In this document: one piece after another, positions 57,464 to 64,000 of the stretch | How the letters are laid out: each line of letters starts with the position of its first letter | Numbering within the stretch: the stretch's first letter is position 1 | Source: a virus | Reading direction: 5' to 3' (one strand) | Length of the DNA stretch: 64,000 nucleotides | IMG/VR virus record: IMGVR_UViG_3300043409_001462 | Location: 32,001-96,000 of that record | Notes under the pieces: generated by a model | Seen by the model: only the letters and a program-made list of their open reading frames with translations | Databases searched by the model: none | Told to the model about the DNA's origin: nothing | Position numbers and translations under genes: made by a program

Positions 57464-58026
57464 TGGTAAAAGTCAAAAGAAATTATGTTAATAATAAAAC
57501 ATTATACGAAGAAATGATTAAGTATAAAGACAAGCTTAAATTTGCCGAAGAAATGGGTAAAGTTCCCCCTTCTGTTCCTAATTATGTTGGGCAATGTTTC
57601 CTTCAAATATGTAATAGGCTTTCTACCAAGCCTAATTTTATGAATTATTCATATAGAGATGAGATGGTCGCCGACGCAATTGAAAACTGTGTATCGGCTG
57701 CTCATAGTTTTGATCCTGAGAAATCATCTAACCCATTTGCATATTTTACTCAAATAGCCTGGAATGCTTTTATACGTAGGATAAATAAAGAAAAAAAACA
57801 AGCGTATATCAAACATAAAAATTTCGAAAACTCTGGTATTATGGATGAGCTATATGATCAATCAGAAGGTGGGTTTAGCGTTCAAGTAAAACATAATGAA
57901 TACTCTGATGATATCATTAGAAATTTCGAAAGCAAGTTGATTAAAACCACAAAAAAGGCTAAAATAGGATTAGAGAAATTTGTAGAGGAAGAAAAAAATG
58001 AAGAACTTACACCTAGTACCAGTTAA
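57463..58026 (+). CDS. gp55: late transcription sigma factor gp55
   Basis: YVNNK, LS.KPNF.NYSYRDEMV.DAIENC, FDPEKSSNPFAYFTQI...AF.RRI.KEKKQ. Confidence 0.96.
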   Translation: MVKVKRNYVNNKTLYEEMIKYKDKLKFAEEMGKVPPSVPNYVGQCFLQICNRLSTKPNFMNYSYRDEMVADAIENCVSAAHSFDPEKSSNPFAYFTQIAWNAFIRRINKEKKQAYIKHKNFENSGIMDELYDQSEGGFSVQVKHNEYSDDIIRNFESKLIKTTKKAKIGLEKFVEEEKNEELTPSTS

Positions 58027-58180
58027 TATTTTAGATCTGGTCGAAAAGATTAATGATAAAACTATCAGAGAAAACGAAAAGAACAATTATGTTCTTCGCC
58101 TAGAAGCAACTTCGGCTTATATCTCAGAAGCTTTGAATAAGAACACTATGAATTTTTCAAGGAAGAAAATTGCTAGATGA
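57998..58180 (+). CDS. hypothetical protein
   Basis: 60-aa ORF overlapping gp55 and gp47 ends; gagga RBS. Confidence 0.55.
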   Translation: MKNLHLVPVNILDLVEKINDKTIRENEKNNYVLRLEATSAYISEALNKNTMNFSRKKIAR

Positions 58181-59241
58181 AGATAGCACTGATCACTGAT
58201 ACTCATTGGGGTGTACGCAATGATAATATTGCTTTCATGGATAACAGTAAAAAGTTTCTTGATGAAGTATTTTTTCCATATTTGGACAATAACAATGTCC
58301 TTACTGTTTGTCATCTTGGTGATCTTGTAGACCGTCGCAAATATATTAATATGCAAACTGCTACGCGACTTCGAATTGACTTCCTCGATAAGCTTGCAAA
58401 TCGTGGATTGGATGTTCATATGATTGCTGGTAATCATGATACATATTTTAAAAACACCAATCGTATTAATGCGCTTCATGAACTTGTTGTTGGAAAATAT
58501 AATTTTACTATTCACGATCAGCTTCCTCGCGAAGTAGAATTCGACAACACGATTGTTTTAATGCTACCTTGGATATGTGATGAAAATAGAGAAGTTTGCC
58601 TACACAAAATCAAAACTACGCCAGCTCAAATCGTTATGGGACACCTCGAACTTGCGGGATTTGAGATGCACAGGGGATCTATCGTCTCTCATGGAGATGA
58701 TCGTTCTATCTTTGATCGCTTTGATATGGTTCTTAGTGGTCATTATCATCATCGTTCCTCTGATGGCACTATACATTATTTGGGTAGTCACGCTGAGTTT
58801 ACTTGGAGCGATTATGATGATCGTAAGGGCTTTCACATCCTGGATACAGAAACCAGGGACTTGACTTTTATCGAAAATACATATACAATGTTTGATAAGT
58901 TCTGGTATGATGATACATCTATCCTTACTCCATCAGAGGGTTGGGACATGAGACATTATGCAGGTAAAATAGTTAAAGTTATTGTCAAGAATAAAACTGA
59001 TCCATATATGTTTGATAGATGCATTGAAGCTTTCGAAAAAGCTGGAGTGTTAGAAATGCAAATCGTAGAAGATCATCTTAACCTTTCAACAGAGGTTGAT
59101 GAAGATATTGTGAACGAAGCTGAGTCTACCATCGATATTTTTAAGAAATATATAGATCAGGTTAACTCTGCTAACCTCGACAAGAACAAACTTGAAAAAA
59201 CAATTGTTGAACTTTATAATGAGGCTCTTGCTATAGAATGA
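58177..59241 (+). CDS. gp47: recombination endonuclease subunit gp47 (Mre11/SbcD-like)
   Basis: TDTHWG.R, HLGDLVDRRK, GNHD.YFKNTN, GHLEL.GF, SGHYH. Confidence 0.96.
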   Translation: MKIALITDTHWGVRNDNIAFMDNSKKFLDEVFFPYLDNNNVLTVCHLGDLVDRRKYINMQTATRLRIDFLDKLANRGLDVHMIAGNHDTYFKNTNRINALHELVVGKYNFTIHDQLPREVEFDNTIVLMLPWICDENREVCLHKIKTTPAQIVMGHLELAGFEMHRGSIVSHGDDRSIFDRFDMVLSGHYHHRSSDGTIHYLGSHAEFTWSDYDDRKGFHILDTETRDLTFIENTYTMFDKFWYDDTSILTPSEGWDMRHYAGKIVKVIVKNKTDPYMFDRCIEAFEKAGVLEMQIVEDHLNLSTEVDEDIVNEAESTIDIFKKYIDQVNSANLDKNKLEKTIVELYNEALAIE

Positions 59242-60944
59242 TATTTTTCAAAACATTGCGATGGAAAAATCTACTCTCAACAGGTAATATTTTTACTGAG
59301 ATCGATCTATCTAAATCAAACAATACATTGATTGTCGGTGAGAATGGGGCTGGGAAGTCTACTATTCTCGATGCATTATCATTTGCATTGTTTGGTAAAT
59401 CATTCCGTAAGATCAACAAACCACAGCTGGTTAACACTATCACGAAGAAAGAACTAATTGTTGAAATTGAGTTTAGTATCTCAAGCAATCAGTATAAGAT
59501 TGTCCGTGGTATAAAGCCAACGGTGTTTGAAGTATATCAGAACGGTATTCTATTAAATCAGTCTGCTGAGATGAAAGATTATCAAGAAATTCTTGAGAAG
59601 CAAATTCTTAAGCTGAATATGAAATCTTTCTGTCAGGTTGTTGTTCTTGGTTCGGCTACGTTTCAACCTTTTATGCAACTTCCTGGCGGTCAGCGTAGGG
59701 AAATTATCGAAGACCTACTTGATCTTCAAATATTTACTACGATGAACTCTTTGCTTAAAGATAAAGTTCAAACGAACAACGAAGTACTTACTGATATTAA
59801 TGCTGATCAAAAAGTTGTTATGGAAAAAATTAAGATCATTAAGGAACACCTATCAGAAAAACAGAACAATAATGAAAAGCTTGTTGCTGAAAAAGTGTCG
59901 GTTATTGATGATACTAATAATAAGATAGAAAAGCTAAACCAACAATATTGGGGATGTGTTTCTGACGTTCAATGTATGAAAGAAAGTATGTCAGAAGAGA
60001 AGTCGATAGCTAAACACCTACAGAAAGTAAATGAATTTAAGCATAAGATAGAAGCTTCCGTTGCTATCCTCAGAAAAGATATTAAATTTTTTGACAATCA
60101 TAAAGATTGCCCTACTTGTAAACAAACAATCGACGAAGAATTTCGTACCAATATTATTTCTGAAAAAAAAGTAGAGCTCGATAGTTCTAGTTCAAAACTT
60201 GATCTACTAGCAAAAGAGTATGACAAAGCTAATGCTAAGATAAATGAGTTGATTGAAATTCAGGCTAACATTAACACAAAGCAAATGGAACAGTTTAAAA
60301 TCAAGAGCAATATTGATTCTTTGATTAAGTATCGTGACCAACTTGAAAAAGAAATTAATCAGATCAATCAGGTTTATGAAGCTGATGAAGAAGACAAAAT
60401 GTCAGAGTTAGAAACTGAATTAAATAATGTTGCAGTTCGATATAATAATGCAATGGATCAAAAACAGATATACACAGCAGCTGCTATGTTATTGAAAGAC
60501 GGTGGTATTAAAGCAAGGATTATTAAGCAGTATGTTCCTGTTATTAATAAGTTTATCAATAAGTATCTTTCAGCTATGGATTTCTTTGTGCAGTTCGAGC
60601 TTGACGAAGAATTTAATGAGACAATCAAGTCGCGCAACAGAGACGAGTTCTCTTACGCCTCATTTTCTGAGGGTGAAAAGATGAGAATTAATCTTGCTGT
60701 GTTGTTTACATGGCGTGCTGTGGCTAAGTTGCGTAATTCTGTCTCTACTAACCTTCTTATTATGGATGAAGTTTTCGATAGCTCTCTAGACTCTAATGGT
60801 ACGGAAGAGTTCCTAAAGATACTAAATAATCTGACATCTGACACTAATACATTTATTATTAGTCATAAGACAGATCAGCTCTATGATAAATTTACTAACG
60901 TAATCAAATTTGAGAAGTATAAAAACTTCAGTAAGGTTGCATAA
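59238..60944 (+). CDS. gp46: recombination ATPase subunit gp46 (Rad50/SbcC-like)
   Basis: GENGAGKST, CPTC zinc hook, FSEGEK signature, LIMDEVFDSSLD, IISH. Confidence 0.97.
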   Translation: MIFFKTLRWKNLLSTGNIFTEIDLSKSNNTLIVGENGAGKSTILDALSFALFGKSFRKINKPQLVNTITKKELIVEIEFSISSNQYKIVRGIKPTVFEVYQNGILLNQSAEMKDYQEILEKQILKLNMKSFCQVVVLGSATFQPFMQLPGGQRREIIEDLLDLQIFTTMNSLLKDKVQTNNEVLTDINADQKVVMEKIKIIKEHLSEKQNNNEKLVAEKVSVIDDTNNKIEKLNQQYWGCVSDVQCMKESMSEEKSIAKHLQKVNEFKHKIEASVAILRKDIKFFDNHKDCPTCKQTIDEEFRTNIISEKKVELDSSSSKLDLLAKEYDKANAKINELIEIQANINTKQMEQFKIKSNIDSLIKYRDQLEKEINQINQVYEADEEDKMSELETELNNVAVRYNNAMDQKQIYTAAAMLLKDGGIKARIIKQYVPVINKFINKYLSAMDFFVQFELDEEFNETIKSRNRDEFSYASFSEGEKMRINLAVLFTWRAVAKLRNSVSTNLLIMDEVFDSSLDSNGTEEFLKILNNLTSDTNTFIISHKTDQLYDKFTNVIKFEKYKNFSKVA

Positions 60945-61978
60945 TGGGATTACTACTGTACACTAAGCCATTTGATAATGAAACTTTAGATCTGATGCCA
61001 TGGTGTCCTAGGAAGTACCCTTATACACAGTCAGTAAATAGAGTTATGCAAGGTATTGATCCTTTCAATGTTACTCTTGGTTGTGAAACTATATATGAGA
61101 TAACCCAGCTACCATCAACTAATAAAACATACGAAGATATGGCAGTGGCAAGAGCTGAACAATTAAAGCAACTAGAAGGCGATATTTACCTCATGTACTC
61201 TGGTGGTGTTGATAGTACAACAGCTCTAGTTGCATTTTTAATTTCTTGGTCTAAAGAAGAATTACAACGTGTTCATATTTTAGCTTCTTCTCAAAGCGTT
61301 TCAGAGTTCCCAGAAATGTGGGATTTAGTTGTTGAAAATTTCAAAGGTAGAATAACTACATCTTATACTCATATGGAAAAAGCTTGTGAAAAAGGATATG
61401 TAATTACTGGGGAGCATGGAGATCAAATATTCGGTAGTGATGTTATTAAAAAAATAGTAAAGTACCGAAATGAAGATGCTCTTCATTCTAGCTGGGAAGA
61501 AAATATGCCTTTGGTTTACCAAAATTTATTTGGAAAAACTGTAAGTAAGAAATTTATTGATGTACATAGAGAAACTTTAGTAGCTTGTCCATTTCCTATA
61601 AAAACTTGTTTCGATTGGGTGTGGTGGTTTAATTTTACCAATAAATGGCAGCATGTTAAATATAGGCTTTTATCTTATAAAGATTGGAAAGATCCAAAAA
61701 ATAATTTTCCAAAAATACATCATTTTTTCGATACACCAGATTGGCAACGTTGGAGTTTAGATAATCATGACAAGAAAATCGAAAAATCTTTAACTTCGTA
61801 TAAATTTACAGCCAAAGAATTTATTGTCAAACATACTAATTTTACTGATTATTTGTCTAAAGAAAAAAAAGGAAGTTTGAGAATCCTTTGGTCTAATAAA
61901 GGATTTTATGAAGCTATCGACGACAATTTAAATTATATTGATAGTGTGAAAGCTATGGAGTTTATAAATGGAAAATGA
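60944..61978 (+). CDS. asparagine-synthetase-like PP-loop (adenine nucleotide alpha-hydrolase) enzyme, synthetase domain only
   Basis: YSGGVDST PP-loop; ITGEHGDQIFG resembling SGEGADE.F.G; no N-terminal glutaminase. Confidence 0.7.
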   Translation: MGLLLYTKPFDNETLDLMPWCPRKYPYTQSVNRVMQGIDPFNVTLGCETIYEITQLPSTNKTYEDMAVARAEQLKQLEGDIYLMYSGGVDSTTALVAFLISWSKEELQRVHILASSQSVSEFPEMWDLVVENFKGRITTSYTHMEKACEKGYVITGEHGDQIFGSDVIKKIVKYRNEDALHSSWEENMPLVYQNLFGKTVSKKFIDVHRETLVACPFPIKTCFDWVWWFNFTNKWQHVKYRLLSYKDWKDPKNNFPKIHHFFDTPDWQRWSLDNHDKKIEKSLTSYKFTAKEFIVKHTNFTDYLSKEKKGSLRILWSNKGFYEAIDDNLNYIDSVKAMEFINGK

Positions 61979-62585
61979 TAATATATTTGATGCTGATTAT
62001 TACATCTATGTGTTTCACAATAGAATTGTAAGAGTAGTGAAATCAAGAACTGCATATTACACCGTTAGATTATCAAACGTTAGTTCTTATGTAACTAGTA
62101 CTATTCCAGCTGGTGTTACAATTAAAGAACTTTTGTATAAGTATAATTTTTCTATCGGAGATAAAAAAGGATTTCATATACCAGATGAATCTGAGTTGAA
62201 CGATGTACAGTTAAATAGAATGAAACGTGTGACAGAAAAAATTATTCTACTGGAAAAATTTGAAAAAACTTCAGATATGTTAAAAAAAACTGTTATTAAA
62301 AAAACAGCAGATGAAGACATTTTCAATAGAATATTGATGAGAGAAATTGAAGATTATGAAAATGAAAAGATAGTTGGATCATTACTAGAAGCAGAATATA
62401 AATGTTCTAAATTTAGCACATACAATTCATTGATTGAATCTATACATTTAAAATATAGTGATGCTTCAGAATTGTTCGCGTTTCTAAGATATAAAGCTTT
62501 TGAATTTAGAAAATTGTTAGAAGAAAATAAATTACAAGAAGCTTATGAAATTAACATTTTGATGAACCAAAAACTTGGGATGTAA
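61968..62585 (+). CDS. hypothetical protein
   Basis: 205-aa ORF with ggag RBS, overlapping the previous gene. Confidence 0.65.
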   Translation: MENDNIFDADYYIYVFHNRIVRVVKSRTAYYTVRLSNVSSYVTSTIPAGVTIKELLYKYNFSIGDKKGFHIPDESELNDVQLNRMKRVTEKIILLEKFEKTSDMLKKTVIKKTADEDIFNRILMREIEDYENEKIVGSLLEAEYKCSKFSTYNSLIESIHLKYSDASELFAFLRYKAFEFRKLLEENKLQEAYEINILMNQKLGM

Positions 62586-62587
62586 AT

Positions 62588-63259
62588 ATGATTGTTTTTC
62601 CTGGAACAAATAGAAGCGTCGATATTATCGACATGCGCGATACGATGTATCCAACATATGCTGTGATGGCAAGAACTACGCATTATGTTGATGCACTTGA
62701 AATTGGATGGGCGACGATGTTCGGCTTTTCATTTGGAAATAGTACTTTACTTATTGGTAAAAAAGAGTATAATATAAAGAGTAACCAATATTTTTCTATT
62801 CCAGTTAGAAATGAAGATGTAACAATCAATCCAACAGACGATTTGTTTGCTGTATTTCGTTTAGGTTTTATTGGTCATGATTTGGTAGGAACACAAGATG
62901 TAACGAAAACTGGTAAGCTTTCTTATATCGACGGTTGTTCTGATTCATTAATGGTTTATCCTCCACGTCTTGGCGACCCAACGTTGAATTATTTGTTTTT
63001 CCCAACAAATATCAATCAATCGTTCCATACACATCCTAGCCTCAGAATTGGTTGTGTTATTGCTGGTGAGGGTATTTCTGAAACAGATCATGAAGTTCCA
63101 TTAACGACTGGTACTTTCTTTTGTCTTGAGGAACACGAGCTGCATCGTTTTAAAACTAAAGATAAAAGTATGAGAGTTATTGCTTATCACCCAGATGGTG
63201 ACTGGGGTCCAACTGATGAAAATCACACTATGTTGAACAGGACTTATATCAAGAAATGA
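62588..63259 (+). CDS. cupin-domain protein
   Basis: LSYIDGCSDSL...PPRLGDP, HTHPS.R.G.V..GEG (cupin motif 1), HELHRF.T (motif 2). Confidence 0.75.
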   Translation: MIVFPGTNRSVDIIDMRDTMYPTYAVMARTTHYVDALEIGWATMFGFSFGNSTLLIGKKEYNIKSNQYFSIPVRNEDVTINPTDDLFAVFRLGFIGHDLVGTQDVTKTGKLSYIDGCSDSLMVYPPRLGDPTLNYLFFPTNINQSFHTHPSLRIGCVIAGEGISETDHEVPLTTGTFFCLEEHELHRFKTKDKSMRVIAYHPDGDWGPTDENHTMLNRTYIKK

Positions 63260-63492
63260 TAGTACAACTAGAACTTAATCCTGAAACGAATGAATTAATT
63301 CTACCGCTCCCAGATGATATCTGCGCTCAACTTGGATGGATTGTTGGAACAGAATTAAACTGGATTGATAATGAAGATGGCACGTATAGCCTAAAGGAAA
63401 AGAAAAATGGAACTAGTGAAGAGCAACGATCCGATACTGACGACTCCGTGTCAACAGTTCAACTTTCAGGAACCACCGTTCGACCCGATTGA
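63256..63492 (+). CDS. AbrB/MazE/SpoVT-like small DNA-binding protein
   Basis: LILPLPDDI..QLGW..G..L.W.DN.DG...L.K pattern; the last ~28 codons overlap def. Confidence 0.6.
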   Translation: MIVQLELNPETNELILPLPDDICAQLGWIVGTELNWIDNEDGTYSLKEKKNGTSEEQRSDTDDSVSTVQLSGTTVRPD

Positions 63493-63949
63493 ATTTTCTA
63501 AAGAACTTATTAAGTTTATGTATGAAAAAAATGGTATTGGTTTGGCTGCGAATCAGGTTGGCGTTCCGTATCGTATTTTTGCTATGCGTGGCCAGCCTCA
63601 AAATTTTGTTTGCTTCAACCCTAAAATCGTACAACCTTCAGAAGAAGAGATAACTCTTGAAGAAGGATGCTTGACTTTTCCTGGATTGGTCGTTAAGGTA
63701 AAAAGACATCGTCATATCCGTGTACGTTTTACTACTCCAAACGGAGACACCAGAACAGAAACGTTTACAGGTATGTCAGCAAGAGTTTTTCAACATGAAC
63801 TAGATCATCTTGAAGGAAAGCTTTACTTTAATCGCGCTTCAAGGTATCATAAAGAATTGGCAATGAAGAAGTGGAAACGAGGAGAGTTTTCCACAATAAA
63901 TGTTAATCCTCTTGGAGAATATTATGAACATCTTTTACCTAGATCATAA
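63407..63949 (+). CDS. def: peptide deformylase
   Basis: GIGLAANQVG, EEGCLTFPG, QHELDHLEG: all three PDF motifs. Confidence 0.95.
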   Translation: MELVKSNDPILTTPCQQFNFQEPPFDPIEFSKELIKFMYEKNGIGLAANQVGVPYRIFAMRGQPQNFVCFNPKIVQPSEEEITLEEGCLTFPGLVVKVKRHRHIRVRFTTPNGDTRTETFTGMSARVFQHELDHLEGKLYFNRASRYHKELAMKKWKRGEFSTINVNPLGEYYEHLLPRS

Positions 63950-64000
63950 CCCTACTCAAGCTGCTGAATGGATGGTAGACAAGCACGTTGTAAAAATGAT
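63924..64000 (+). CDS. pyrimidine-dimer glycosylase (DenV)-like family protein, 3'-truncated by the window
   Basis: Not in the ORF track; ggag RBS then MNIFYLDHNPTQAAEWMVDKHVVKM, matching the MNIF.LD....AA....DKHVVKM family. Confidence 0.7.
   Translation, partial: MNIFYLDHNPTQAAEWMVDKHVVKM

Noticed and set aside
43593-60944. Introns, inteins or homing endonucleases in terminase, portal, MCP, UvsW or gp46
   Set aside because: All have normal lengths and continuous motifs; no LAGLIDADG, HNH, GIY-YIG or Hint signatures seen
63256-63492. Toxin-antitoxin pair built on the AbrB/MazE-like gene
   Set aside because: The neighbours are a cupin and a peptide deformylase; no toxin-like ORF is adjacent
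1-64000. Stop-codon reassignment
   Set aside because: Core genes are full length in the standard code, and TAA, TAG (e.g. gp16) and TGA (e.g. gp15) all end genes at expected positions

Overview
64 kb of a large, AT-rich T4-like myovirus genome. Essentially all real genes are on the + strand. The gene order gp13-14-15-16-17-18-19-20-(67/68)-21-22-23-gp3-uvsY-uvsW-55-47-46, with no gp24, resembles the cyanophage/phiM12-like branch of the T4 superfamily. 1-5.8 kb: a VrlC-like baseplate/structural protein encoded as two ORFs. 5.8-40.3 kb: a very large adsorption island of about 20 fibre, adaptor and receptor-binding genes (beta-helix shafts, Mtd_N-like N-termini, 8 LamG lectin-like domains, 6 glycine-rich PGII domains, Calx-beta-like repeats). 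40.3-55.5 kb: neck, packaging, tail and head module, with a RelA/SpoT-type HD hydrolase inserted between gp13 and gp14. 55.6-61 kb: uvsY, uvsW, gp55, gp47, gp46. 61-64 kb: accessory genes (asparagine-synthetase-like PP-loop enzyme, cupin, AbrB-like protein, peptide deformylase, DenV-like partial). The two most notable observations are (i) an apparent plug-and-socket code of terminal peptides and domains that could wire the fibre genes into a branched receptor-binding tree, and (ii) an intact small alarmone hydrolase with a T4-like capsid-targeting leader, i.e. a candidate injected anti-alarmone enzyme. All family calls come from motif recognition by eye; no database searches were run.
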